The position numbers and the translations under genes are program-made. From Myxococcota bacterium (lineage in GTDB: Bacteria; Myxococcota_A; Polyangia; Nannocystales; Nannocystaceae), in contig JBCCWC010000002.1 of the NCBI GenBank assembly GCA_039194325.1, positions 1-64,000 of the forward strand: 64,000 nt of DNA. The letters run 5' to 3'. Shown piece after piece: positions 29,379-38,819 of the stretch. Under the pieces are notes generated by a model. It saw only the letters and a program-made list of their open reading frames with translations, did not search any database and was not told where the DNA came from. The stretch's first letter is position 1; the number at the start of each line of letters is the position of its first letter.

Positions 29379-30113
29379 ATGCTTCGGGCGAGCTCCCGAT
29401 GTTTCCGTGTGATCCATCGCTACGTCATGCTCGGCGTCTTTTTGCCGGTGCTGTCGGTTGGAGGAGGTGGGGCGTGCAGCGTATCGACCTTCGTGTGTTC
29501 CAGTGATGACGAGTGCGGACCGACCGGAGTGTGTGAGCCCGTCAGCGTGTGTAGCTTCCCGGATTCCTCGTGCTCGTCGGGGCGGCGCTACGGTCGCTAC
29601 TCGGGGAGCTACGCCGCGGAGTGCACCGCTTTAGACGCGGTCGATACGGATGCCGAGCCGCCACCGGCGATGGCCGAAGGCGGGGTAAGCCCCGATCTCT
29701 TGCCGTCGACCGGTGAGCCCGGGGGGCTCGCCGATGGAACCTCGACGGGCTCGACGACCGTGGCGGGGGGCGACGCAGGTGCGCCCGGCTCTTCGACGAC
29801 CGCGGATGGAGATGGAGATGGAGATGGAGACGCAGATGGAGACGCAGAGCCGGACACGACCACCACCACGGACATGACGCCCGAGTCCTGCGATGACCGA
29901 TACGGAGCCGTCCCGGGCTATCTGCTGTGTGAGCAGGTCGGTGAGGAGTGCAGGTTCTATGCCCAGACCAATGGGTCCTGCGACGCGCTGTGTAGCGGCT
30001 CGGGTGGGGACTGTCTCGCTGCATTCCGCGATATGGGCAATAGCTGCATGATCATCGAGGAGATCGATTGCAGCACTACGCGCGCCGACCAGATCTGCGT
30101 GTGCACGCTTTAG
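29379..30113 (+). CDS. Cys-rich putative lipoprotein, paralog of 22303-23073 (start uncertain: 29379, 29409 or 29427)
   Basis: GGAC signal end, FVCSSDDEC...CSFPDSSCSSGRRYG, acidic linker and the same C-terminal Cys pattern. Confidence 0.7.
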   Translation: MLRASSRCFRVIHRYVMLGVFLPVLSVGGGGACSVSTFVCSSDDECGPTGVCEPVSVCSFPDSSCSSGRRYGRYSGSYAAECTALDAVDTDAEPPPAMAEGGVSPDLLPSTGEPGGLADGTSTGSTTVAGGDAGAPGSSTTADGDGDGDGDADGDAEPDTTTTTDMTPESCDDRYGAVPGYLLCEQVGEECRFYAQTNGSCDALCSGSGGDCLAAFRDMGNSCMIIEEIDCSTTRADQICVCTL

Positions 30114-30118
30114 GCCCT

Positions 30119-31129
30119 TCAAAATCGCAGCCGGAGGCCGCCTCCCCGGGCCGATAGCGCCGCGGTCACCCGTGTCTTGGCTTTGGCCTTGGCTTTGGTT
30201 CGCCCGCTGGCCTTGCCCCGCCGGCTCACGATGAACATGACCACCCCGGCGGTGGCCAGGGCGAGCCCCGTACCCAGCAGCACCCCGCCCTGCGGAGCGG
30301 TATTGTGCTGGATCGCGACGCAACCCTCGAACTGGCCGAACTTGGAGACCTTGGTGGCTTGGGAGATCTCGTCGAATCCGAGGCACCCCGCGCTCTTGCC
30401 ATGGAGTGCGAGCAGCACTGTGCCTCCGACGGTGGTGGCCAGCCCGGCTCCGGCCGTGGTGAGCCCGGCGATCATCAGGCCAGAGGGCTTGCCGAGGCGG
30501 GTCGACCGGCGAGTCGATCGGCGGGACGCGCTCGCCGTAAAGGGCGAGTCCGATGTCGCGATCGAGCGAGATGAGAAGGGATCGATGAACGACTCTGGGG
30601 CGGTGGCTCGTGTTCGCAGGATCTCGACGAGGGCATCGGTGGCGACGGCCCCCACTGTGCCCGCGAGCTCGGCCGGGCTGCAGATCGTGCATTCACGGTG
30701 AAACCGAGCGGGCTCGATCGCCCGATCCCTGGCTACCAGGGCCAGGGAGGCCGAGAACTCTTCCTCGGCCAGCAAGAGCTCGGGAGCCACCACGAAATCG
30801 ACCCCGAGGGCCTCGGCGAGCTTGCGCTGGCACGAAGGCTTCGCCTCGTTGCAAGGGGGGGCCGGGCTATTGCTATTATGGTCGAGCATGGTCGGCTCGA
30901 GTACCTCGATGTTGCCCCGTCCGTCGAAGAGCTCGATCACCATGTTGCGTGCTCGGGTACCCGTATCCGGGGGGTACTCGGCCTGCCCGTGGTGGTCGAC
31001 GTCCGTCGGAAGTACGGCGACTCGACACGGCTCGAACGTGGCCGGTGGCGTGGCCGCCTGGGCCTGACCGCCCAGCAGCATGGCGAGGATCAGTACCGCG
31101 GCGAAGAGTGCTCGTTGTCCGTTCGCCAT
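30119..31129 (-). CDS. Exported protein: signal peptide, TolB-N/CsgG-like domain, two Gly-rich hydrophobic segments, C-terminal beta-strands ending in Phe
   Basis: AQA signal cleavage; RVAVLP...C(6)C..KLAEALGVDFVV; RECTICS; C-terminus GGGLRLRF. Confidence 0.6.
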   Translation of the reverse strand: MANGQRALFAAVLILAMLLGGQAQAATPPATFEPCRVAVLPTDVDHHGQAEYPPDTGTRARNMVIELFDGRGNIEVLEPTMLDHNSNSPAPPCNEAKPSCQRKLAEALGVDFVVAPELLLAEEEFSASLALVARDRAIEPARFHRECTICSPAELAGTVGAVATDALVEILRTRATAPESFIDPFSSRSIATSDSPFTASASRRSTRRSTRLGKPSGLMIAGLTTAGAGLATTVGGTVLLALHGKSAGCLGFDEISQATKVSKFGQFEGCVAIQHNTAPQGGVLLGTGLALATAGVVMFIVSRRGKASGRTKAKAKAKTRVTAALSARGGGLRLRF

Positions 31130-31210
31130 GAGAGTCGAGCATTCGCCGTTGAGGGGTGACCGGCCAAGTCCATCCGATGTTGGTTGACGGTGGACTCTCG
31201 CCGAGTTCGT

Positions 31211-32710
31211 TCAGCCCGCCGGCTCCGGCGCCGGCGCCGGCGGTGGCTCGGTGCAGCGGGGTCGCTGATGAAGATGGAATCCGGTCATGTCGCTATTGTT
31301 GGTGATCGCACCGGGCGGGATCTCGACGGTAAGCAGATCTCCATTCGGGCTGTGCGGGTCGTACCGATGGGCCACGCCTTTGCTCGAGACGACCCACAGC
31401 CTATCGTAGAAGTCGATGCTGAGCCCTTGGGCTGGGCTCTCGAGGTCGAACCCCGTGTCGACCGTGAGCGAGCCGTCGTCGAGTTTGTATAGCTTGGATT
31501 CCGAGCTCGTGACCCAGAGTGTGCCGTTCGTGTCGACGACGCAGGTTCCGTCGGTGTGCGCAGATCTCACCGAGATCCATGTCTTGGAGCTCGGGTCCAG
31601 CCGGCGGAGCTCCGCGGCGGCGCAGGTCCAGATCGATCCTTGCTGATCGACGGCGAGTCCGTGAACGTCGGCCTGGGTAGGCCAGCTGTGGATTTCGTGG
31701 GTCTCCAGATCGATGGAGATCAGCTGATTGAGCTCGGGGCGGATCCCCCAAAAGCTGCCGTCGGCATCCACGACGGCGCCGATGAATTTCCAGGGCCCCG
31801 CGAGGTCGAGATTCCGGTCCTCGTCGAAGGTCTGCTCGATCTCGCCGGCCTCTGCGTCGAGCAAGAACACCGCGACGCGGCCTTCGGCGACCCCGGCGAC
31901 CCACACTTTGTCGTCGTGCTCGACCATACCCCTGACCGGATCCGAGCAGCAGCGGCCAGGAGTCCAGGCCAGCGCGTCGAGCTTCATGTGGGGCTCGAGA
32001 GGCTGGTACCACGCTCGGCTCGCGTCCGAGTCCCATGGCGGGGTCCCGTGATCGTTGGGCGATCGATACGGATCGGGTGCTCCGGTGGCGTAGAACTTGA
32101 CCACACCACCGTGACGATTGGCCACGACGACCTCGCCGCGGCGGTTGACCGAGACGCGAGCGGGAGCCCCCTCGTGGCCGGGAGGCGCGGTCCGATGGCG
32201 CTCGATCTCGACGCTTGTCTCGACGTCGATCTTCGAGATCGTGTCTTCATCGGTGTTGGGGATCCAGATGAAGGTGGGCTGATACTCATCGTGCTGTGGG
32301 CATTCGTGCCCCATGTCGAGGTAGGGGGACACGTCGAAGTAGAACTCGAGGTCGTGGTCGCCGTGGTCGCCGTGATCGCCGTGGTCGCCGTGGTCGCCGT
32401 GGTCGCCTTCGGTCATGGCGCTCGTGGTAGTTTCGTCGCCCTGTGAGCCCTCGGGCTCGCCTGGCTCGCCTCCCGTGCTCTGGTCGGCCATGGACGAAGC
32501 CTGTTGGTCGTTTGGTGTACAGCGGTCGTCGACACACTCGAGCCCACTGTCGCACTTCTCCAGTGGTGCACAGGCGCAATACTTCGTGCCCTGGCGACAC
32601 GGCTCGAAGCCGTTGGGGTCGACCTGGACGCAATCCCAGGCCATGCTACCCAGGCCGAGTCCGAGCAACAGGGCGGTGTGCTCGACGATCTTTGGGTTGA
32701 TGCTCGGCAT
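31211..32710 (-). CDS. Exported, possibly lipid-anchored protein with a small Cys-rich domain, (GDH)n linker and Vgb/NHL-like beta-propeller
   Basis: PCRQGTKYCAC...CDSGLEC...C; IWIPNTDEDTISKID, PARVSVN, GLAVDQQGSIW and SDMTG motifs; 9-bp repeat at 32354-32407. Confidence 0.7.
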   Translation of the reverse strand: MPSINPKIVEHTALLLGLGLGSMAWDCVQVDPNGFEPCRQGTKYCACAPLEKCDSGLECVDDRCTPNDQQASSMADQSTGGEPGEPEGSQGDETTTSAMTEGDHGDHGDHGDHGDHGDHDLEFYFDVSPYLDMGHECPQHDEYQPTFIWIPNTDEDTISKIDVETSVEIERHRTAPPGHEGAPARVSVNRRGEVVVANRHGGVVKFYATGAPDPYRSPNDHGTPPWDSDASRAWYQPLEPHMKLDALAWTPGRCCSDPVRGMVEHDDKVWVAGVAEGRVAVFLLDAEAGEIEQTFDEDRNLDLAGPWKFIGAVVDADGSFWGIRPELNQLISIDLETHEIHSWPTQADVHGLAVDQQGSIWTCAAAELRRLDPSSKTWISVRSAHTDGTCVVDTNGTLWVTSSESKLYKLDDGSLTVDTGFDLESPAQGLSIDFYDRLWVVSSKGVAHRYDPHSPNGDLLTVEIPPGAITNNSDMTGFHLHQRPRCTEPPPAPAPEPAG

Positions 32711-32750
32711 CGTGGTGCTCCTTGTCGACGAAGGTATCGTCGGTTTACGT

Positions 32751-34841
32751 TCAGCTGACCTTCTTCAGTCGTTCGCGGGCCTTGTCGTCTCCGAGCTTGG
32801 CCCCCTTGGTGTAGGCGCGGCGGGCGTCCATCAATCGGCCCGTCTTGTAGTACGCGTCGCCGAGGTGGCGCCGGTATCGTGCGTTCCGCGGCTGGCAGCG
32901 CACGGCTTTCTCGGCGTAGCGAACCGCGTCGGCGAAGCGCCCTGCGTTGAACCGCAGCCGCTGGAGGCCGTCGTAGGCGTGACCATTGCGGGGAGCGAGG
33001 CGTAGAGCGCTGCGGTAGCGTTGCTCGGCCGCGTCGACCTGGCCCGCACGGCGGAATTCGTTCCCTTCGGCGACCAACGACCTGGCTCGCGCCTTCCGAC
33101 GACGTCGTGCGCGCTTCTTGGCTGCTCTGGCTGGATCCACGGCGTCGGGGTCGAGCACGAGGTCGTCGTCATCGTCAGCCTCGTCGGTGGATGGGTCGGG
33201 GTCGAGCACGAGGTCGTCGTCATCGTCGGCCTCGTCGGTGGATGGGTCGGGGTCGAGCACGAGGTCGTCGTCATCGTCAGCCTCGTCGGTGGATGGGTCG
33301 GGGTCGTGCTCGAGGGACCGAGTCGATCGCTTCGCGCGCTTGGTGCGGTTGCTTTGGGCCGTCGCGATCAGGCGCTGCACGACCTCTTCGTCGGAGATCG
33401 ACGCGGGCGCATTGACTACGGTGGCCACGAGGAACGCCAGATCGTCACCGGCTTCGATCTCGGGCGCGGTCAGCTCCCCGGCCAGCGCCCGGGCCCGGAG
33501 GTCGGCGATCTCCACGTTGGTGAAGCCGCTGCGCCTGCGGGCCTCGCTCAGGCTCCCGTCGAAGAGCACCGCTTGCAGGTAGAACTCACGGGCGAGCAGC
33601 CGCCCGCCGTCGTGGTGCCACAAGGAGTCGCCCAGGCCCACCAGGGCCGCGCCCATCTCCTGACGCAGTTGCTGGGCCCGCTCTTGGTCCTGCTGGGCGA
33701 CCTCGGAGGCCCAGAAGAGCGCCGTGTCGTAGATCTTGTCGGCGTTGGGGTAGACCCAGCGGGCTCGGGCGGCGGCGGCGTTGGCCTTGTGAACCAGCGT
33801 CTGCACGTAGTCGGGCGCGGCGGCGGCGGTCGTGGGTCGCCACCAGAGCATCATCGTCAGCACTGCGAGCAGTAGCGCCGCCGTGCCAGCCAGCACGGTG
33901 GGGAGGATCCGGCGACGGTGGATGCCCCTGGCGGCCTCCATGGCGTCGACGAGATCTTCCATGGAGGGCCATCGATCGCGGGGATCGGGGGCCAGCCCCC
34001 GGACGAGGACCTGGTGCAGGGCTGGCGGAACCCCGTGGCCTTCGGGAGGCGGGCAGGCGAGTCCGCGATGGATAGCCAGCGCGATCGCGATGCGGTTGGG
34101 CCCCGTGAACGGTCGTACGCCGTAGAGCGCCTCGTAGGCCACGGCGCAGAAGCTGTATTGGTCGCTCGACGGGCCGGTCGGCACTCCTCGGTGCTGCTCG
34201 GGAGACATATAGGCGGGTGTTCCGAGCACGGCGCCCGCGCGGGTCACCTCGATGCGGAGATCGTTGGGCTTGGTGACCACCGAGGGCACGAGGCCGTCGA
34301 GGCTCCGCTCGATCGAGTCGGCCCCGTTGGCGCGGGCCAGCCCGAAATCGAGCACCCGCACCCGACCGTGGACATCGACCATCATGTTGTCGGGCTTGAA
34401 GTCGCGGTGGACGACGCCCGCGCGGTGGGCTGCGGCCAGGCCCCGGGCGGCCTGGGTGAGGATGCCCAGGCGCTGCTCCAGGGGGCGCGGGGTCTTGAGC
34501 CACTGCCTGAGGGTCTGACCTCGTACGTACTCCATGGCCACGTAGGTCTGGCCTTGCCACTCGTCGACCTCGTAGACGTGGACCACCGCCGGGTGAGACA
34601 GGCGGGCCATCGCCAGGGCCTCGCGCCGGATCCTCACCCGAGCGGCGAGATTCGAGGAACCGCTGCGTCGGATCAGCTTGATCGCGATCCGGCGGTCGAG
34701 CTGATCGTCGTAGGCAGCATAGACCACGCCCATGCCCCCCATACCCAGGCGCTCGAGGATCGGATAGCGACCGATCCGACGCGGGCCGTCGTTGAGGGGC
34801 GCAGGACGATCTGCGCGGTTACGGGGCGGATGGGGGGGCAT
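32751..34841 (-). CDS. Membrane Ser/Thr protein kinase with a periplasmic helical domain, acidic repeats and C-terminal TPRs
   Basis: LGMGGMGVV, IAIK, HRDFKPDN, DFG and GTPAYMSPEQ motifs; TM ILPTVLAG...MLWW. Confidence 0.9.
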   Translation of the reverse strand: MPPHPPRNRADRPAPLNDGPRRIGRYPILERLGMGGMGVVYAAYDDQLDRRIAIKLIRRSGSSNLAARVRIRREALAMARLSHPAVVHVYEVDEWQGQTYVAMEYVRGQTLRQWLKTPRPLEQRLGILTQAARGLAAAHRAGVVHRDFKPDNMMVDVHGRVRVLDFGLARANGADSIERSLDGLVPSVVTKPNDLRIEVTRAGAVLGTPAYMSPEQHRGVPTGPSSDQYSFCAVAYEALYGVRPFTGPNRIAIALAIHRGLACPPPEGHGVPPALHQVLVRGLAPDPRDRWPSMEDLVDAMEAARGIHRRRILPTVLAGTAALLLAVLTMMLWWRPTTAAAAPDYVQTLVHKANAAAARARWVYPNADKIYDTALFWASEVAQQDQERAQQLRQEMGAALVGLGDSLWHHDGGRLLAREFYLQAVLFDGSLSEARRRSGFTNVEIADLRARALAGELTAPEIEAGDDLAFLVATVVNAPASISDEEVVQRLIATAQSNRTKRAKRSTRSLEHDPDPSTDEADDDDDLVLDPDPSTDEADDDDDLVLDPDPSTDEADDDDDLVLDPDAVDPARAAKKRARRRRKARARSLVAEGNEFRRAGQVDAAEQRYRSALRLAPRNGHAYDGLQRLRFNAGRFADAVRYAEKAVRCQPRNARYRRHLGDAYYKTGRLMDARRAYTKGAKLGDDKARERLKKVS
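33144..33306. repeat. 51-bp coding tandem repeat x3 (DPDPSTDEADDDDDLVL)
   Basis: Near-identical units at 33144, 33195 and 33246. Confidence 0.95.
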
Positions 34842-35143
34842 GACCAGCGCGTCCGGTTCGTCGTGGGGGGTTCATTAGGAGCAGTACGATTGGGAGGCCA
34901 TGTGATTGCGCGACGGTCGAAAAATGCGTTCGCTCGTCGTCTGCGTCGTCGCGAGGCGTCGGGTCGTTGCCGGGAGAACCGGGGCGCCCACCGTCTCGCT
35001 ACCGGTGTTCCTGCGGTGATAGCCACCCTGACTACAGCAGTAGCCATGGGGTGTTCGCGGTTCACACCATCACATCGTCGCAATCAAATGGCGCGGTCGT
35101 CGGAACTACGGATCGGGCGAGCGAGGCCCGACGGGAGGAGTCC

Positions 35144-38104
35144 GTGCCACGAATTGGAAAAGATCCCACGAAGGGAGTCGAGCGCGACCGGATCGACGAA
35201 GCAGCGGCGGCTTCGGCCGAGCGGGTCGAGCGGGTCGAGCGCGAGCTTCCGCGAGGACCAACGGAGCGCGTCGCGACACCGAGCCTGTCGTTTGGTTTGG
35301 GGCGCTACGTGCTCATGGGCACCTTGGGGCGGGGCGGCATGGGGGTGGTATTCAAGGCGTTCGATCCGGCGCTCGATCGTCGAGTGGCGATCAAGGTGTT
35401 GCATCGGGAGTTCGACCGAAGGCACGCCGCTCGCCTGATACGCGAGGCCCAGGCGATGGCCAAGCTCTCGCACCCCCACGTGGTGCAGGTGTACGAGGTG
35501 GGCGAGGTTCGGGGGCGGACCTTCGTGGCCATGGAGCTGGTGCATGGTCAGACGCTCCGGGCGTGGATCCGTCGGCAACCGGCGCCGAGCTGGCGCGAGA
35601 GTGTCGAGGTGTTCTTGCAGGTGGGGGCCGGCCTGGCGGCGGCTCATGGTCGCGGGCTCGTCCACCGCGACTTCAAGCCGAGCAACGCGATCATCGACGA
35701 CGAGGGGCGGGCCCGGGTGCTCGACTTTGGGCTGGCGCGGCAGGTCGAGACGGTCGACGACACGCCGGATCTCTTCGACGAGCGGGCGAGCACGGATCGG
35801 CACGAGCCGTCGCCGCGCCACACGTCGCTGACCAAGACCGGGGCGGTGCAGGGTACGCCCGCCTATATGCCCGCCGAGCAGATGCTGGGCCGTCCGATCG
35901 ATGCGCGTAGCGACCAGTTCAGCTTTTGCGTGGCGCTCTACGAGGCCGTCTATGGGGAGCGGCCCTTTGCCGGCGACTCGGTGGCGGCGCTGATGGCCTC
36001 GGTGACCTGCAACGAGGTGCGGCCCGCTCCCAAGGGGCGCGCGGTGCCGGCCCGACTGCGTGCGGTGCTGCTGCGGGGGCTGGCGGCCAAGTCTGAGGCT
36101 CGGTGGCCCTCGATGGAGGTGTTGCTCGGGCAGCTGCGGCCGCTGGTCGCTCCGCGCCGGAGGCGATGGTTGGCGCTGGGCATCGGGGTGGCCGTGGGTC
36201 TGGGGCTGGTGGGCGCCGGGTTGGTCTACCAGGCCGACATGGGGCAGCGCTGCACGGGCGCTCGCGAGCAGCTGGAAGGCGTCTGGGACGATGCGCGTCG
36301 CCAGGCGGTGAAGACCGCGGTGCTGGGCACCGAGCTCTCCTATGCGGCGGGCACTTGGGAGCGCGTCGAGTCGCGGCTCGACGCCTACGCCGACGCTTGG
36401 ATCGGCAGTCACACCGAGGTCTGCGAGGCTACCGCGGTGCGTCGCGAGCAGAGCGACGAGGCCATGGACCGGCGTATGCGGTGCTTGGCCCAGCGAAGCA
36501 ATTCGCTGCGTGCGACAGTGGACGTCCTGGCCAAGGCCGACGCCGAGGTGGTGCAGAGTGCCGTCGAGCTCGTGGCCGGCTTGCCTCGCCTGAGCCGCTG
36601 TGACGACCTGGACTGGCTGGGGCAGCAAGACCAGCGCGTGCCGCCGCCCGAGGATCCCAAGGTCGCCGCCGAGGTCGACGCCTCGCGTGAGTGGCTGGCC
36701 GACATCAAGGTCATGCACGCGGCCAGTCGATATGCCGAGGCCCTCCTGGTGGTCGAACCCGTGCTGCAACGGGCTGAGGTCCTGCGTTACCCACCGCTTC
36801 TCGTCGAGGCCTTGTTCTGGCGGGGACATCTACGAGAAGGCAACGGCCAGTATGCCGAAGCGGAGCAAGATCTGCAGCAGGCCTATGTGCTGGCGGTGGA
36901 GCACCACCACGACTCGGTCGCGCTCGAGACGGCCCAGGTCTTGACCTCCTTGGTGGGCAATCGGCTCGGGCGTCACGCCGAAGGCCGACAGTGGGGCCGG
37001 ATGGTGGCCTTACCCCTGGCGCGGCGCGGCGGCGATCCGCTCGAGCTGGCCCAGAGCCTGAACAGCCTGGGCATCGTGGCGATCAGCCAAGGGAAGTATG
37101 AGGAAGCGGCCGAATATCAGCAACAGTCGCTGAAGATAAGGAAAGATGCGCTGGGGCCCGACCATCTCACGGTGGCTGACAGCCTGGGGAACCTCGGGAT
37201 CACATATGGGCATCAAGGTAGATATGAGGAGGCGCAAGTGCATATTCATCTGGCGATAGAAATACGAGCAGCAGCACTGGGAGCCGACCATCCCCGTGTG
37301 GCCAGCAGTCTGAGCAGCCTGGGAAGAGTGAATTGGGCTCTGGGAGAGTACGACAAAGCGAGGGGTAATTTTCAGCGAGCGCTGAGCATTTCGGCGGCGG
37401 CGCTGGGTGCGGAGCATCCCCTTGTCGCCATGGCTCTGGACAATCTGGGGGCGGTCGTTGCGAGTCAAGGGGAGTACGAGGAAGCGGAGGGGTATAATCA
37501 GCGAGCGCTGGAGATCTTCGAGAAAGTGTTGGGTCCCAACCATGCCGCGGTGGCGCGATGCCTCAGCAATCTGGGGGCCGTTGTCGCGAGGCAAGGGGAG
37601 TACGCACGAGCGGCGGCTCATCATCAGCGAGCGCTGACCATATTCACAAAGGCGCTAGGAGCCGACCATCCCCATGTGGCGGCGAGCTTGACCAACCTGG
37701 GGCTGATACTGTCCAGGCAAGGTGAGCATGAGCAAGCAGCGGAGCGTCACCAGCGAGCGTTGGCGGTTCGGGAGAAGGCGCTGGGTGCCGAGCATCCTGA
37801 TCTGGCCTACTCGCTGACGGGGCTGGCCGCGGCTGCCATGGCGGTGGGTGACTCCGAGTCCGCCCGCACGCATGCCGAGCGCGCAGTCTCGATTCGCGAG
37901 GCGGCCGGGGTGGCCCCTGGGTTGCTCGCAGAGGCCCGCTTCGCGCTCGCCCGGGCCCTATGGTCCGACGAGAACGAACGTGTACGGGCGCGCGCGATGG
38001 CCGAGCAGGCTCGAGAGACGTTGTCGGGGGTGGAGGGGCCCGGTGAATCCGAGGTCAGCCTCGCCATGGCCGACGCGTGGTTGGCCACGCACCGCGTTCA
38101 ATAG
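35144..38104 (+). CDS. Membrane Ser/Thr protein kinase with 42-aa (kinesin-light-chain-type) TPR repeats; start uncertain (ORF open from 34967)
   Basis: LGRGGMGVV, VAIK, HRDFKPSN, DFG and GTPAYMPAEQ motifs; TM; RLDAYA..W...CEAT..R.EQS...RMRCL domain; six LGxxHP repeats; GGAGGAG just before GTG 35144. Confidence 0.9.
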   Translation: MPRIGKDPTKGVERDRIDEAAAASAERVERVERELPRGPTERVATPSLSFGLGRYVLMGTLGRGGMGVVFKAFDPALDRRVAIKVLHREFDRRHAARLIREAQAMAKLSHPHVVQVYEVGEVRGRTFVAMELVHGQTLRAWIRRQPAPSWRESVEVFLQVGAGLAAAHGRGLVHRDFKPSNAIIDDEGRARVLDFGLARQVETVDDTPDLFDERASTDRHEPSPRHTSLTKTGAVQGTPAYMPAEQMLGRPIDARSDQFSFCVALYEAVYGERPFAGDSVAALMASVTCNEVRPAPKGRAVPARLRAVLLRGLAAKSEARWPSMEVLLGQLRPLVAPRRRRWLALGIGVAVGLGLVGAGLVYQADMGQRCTGAREQLEGVWDDARRQAVKTAVLGTELSYAAGTWERVESRLDAYADAWIGSHTEVCEATAVRREQSDEAMDRRMRCLAQRSNSLRATVDVLAKADAEVVQSAVELVAGLPRLSRCDDLDWLGQQDQRVPPPEDPKVAAEVDASREWLADIKVMHAASRYAEALLVVEPVLQRAEVLRYPPLLVEALFWRGHLREGNGQYAEAEQDLQQAYVLAVEHHHDSVALETAQVLTSLVGNRLGRHAEGRQWGRMVALPLARRGGDPLELAQSLNSLGIVAISQGKYEEAAEYQQQSLKIRKDALGPDHLTVADSLGNLGITYGHQGRYEEAQVHIHLAIEIRAAALGADHPRVASSLSSLGRVNWALGEYDKARGNFQRALSISAAALGAEHPLVAMALDNLGAVVASQGEYEEAEGYNQRALEIFEKVLGPNHAAVARCLSNLGAVVARQGEYARAAAHHQRALTIFTKALGADHPHVAASLTNLGLILSRQGEHEQAAERHQRALAVREKALGAEHPDLAYSLTGLAAAAMAVGDSESARTHAERAVSIREAAGVAPGLLAEARFALARALWSDENERVRARAMAEQARETLSGVEGPGESEVSLAMADAWLATHRVQ
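37046..37801 (+). repeat. Six diverged 126-bp TPR-coding repeats with reduced GC
   Basis: Repeat unit [VL]AxSLxxLG...QRAL...ALGxxHP; 37201-37260 is 28/60 G+C. Confidence 0.85.
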
Positions 38105-38138
38105 GGAGGGTGCCCTACGAGGCGTCGTTCCTCGTCGC

Positions 38139-38194
38139 TTGACAGCGTGGCGTCGCGGTCGTAGGCTGAAAAAAGCACAATGTACTTTTTTCAG
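38139..38194 (+). promoter_or_regulatory. Sigma70-type promoter with an overlapping palindromic operator (TetR autoregulation)
   Basis: TTGACA(38139)-N17-TAGGCT(38162); inverted repeat CTGAAAAAAG-CACAATGTA-CTTTTTTCAG at 38166-38194. Confidence 0.8.
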
Positions 38195-38198
38195 GACC

Positions 38199-38819
38199 AT
38201 GCCGCAGCGCCCTAAACAAGAGGTTCGGGCCCGATTTGTCGAGGTCGCGGCCCAGCTGTTCGCCGAGCACGGCTACACCGGGACATCGCTGCGCACGGTG
38301 GTCTCTAGCGCGGGCGGATCGCTCGGCAATCTGCGCAATTACTTCCCCACCAAGGACGATCTGTTCGCCGCCGCGTGCGAGCCCGTCCTCGCCGACGTTC
38401 GCGCGGCATGCGTCGCTTGGGTTCCCGGCAGTGTCCCCGGTCAGCTCGACGAGGTAGTTCGGCTCGATGTCGAAGCGGTTCAGGTCGTCGCCAACTACAT
38501 CGTTGCGCATCGTCGGCAGCTCTCGCTGCTGCTGACCCGCAGTGAGGGCTCGAGCCTCGCCGGCTGGAGCGAAGCGCTGTTCGACACCTACGTCGAGATC
38601 GAGCGCCGCAAGCTCGACACCGTCGTCGCATCCGCGCCTGGGTGGCTCGCGTGTGCGCCCTCTCCCCTGCTCGTGCGCGCCCTGTGCCGCATGTACTTCG
38701 ATCTTGCCAAGGACTTCGTCGGCGAGACGATCGACCAGGCCCAGTTTTGGGAAGCCTTGCACGAATACGACGCATTCCGACGGGCCGGCTTCGCCGTTTA
38801 CCTCCAAGGAGACTCATGA
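38199..38819 (+). CDS. TetR/AcrR family transcriptional regulator
   Basis: AAQLFAEHGYTGTSLRTVVSSAGGSLGNLRNYFPTKDDLF helix-turn-helix. Confidence 0.85.
   Translation: MPQRPKQEVRARFVEVAAQLFAEHGYTGTSLRTVVSSAGGSLGNLRNYFPTKDDLFAAACEPVLADVRAACVAWVPGSVPGQLDEVVRLDVEAVQVVANYIVAHRRQLSLLLTRSEGSSLAGWSEALFDTYVEIERRKLDTVVASAPGWLACAPSPLLVRALCRMYFDLAKDFVGETIDQAQFWEALHEYDAFRRAGFAVYLQGDS

Noticed and set aside
34895..34909. AGGCCATGTGATTGC as a sigma54 promoter between the divergent kinases
   Set aside because: Only GG-N8-TTGC matches, which is frequent by chance, and there is no supporting enhancer pattern.
37046..37801. A diversity-generating retroelement as the cause of the TPR variation
   Set aside because: No reverse transcriptase and no template/variable repeat pair differing only at adenines was seen in this window; it remains possible only in trans.
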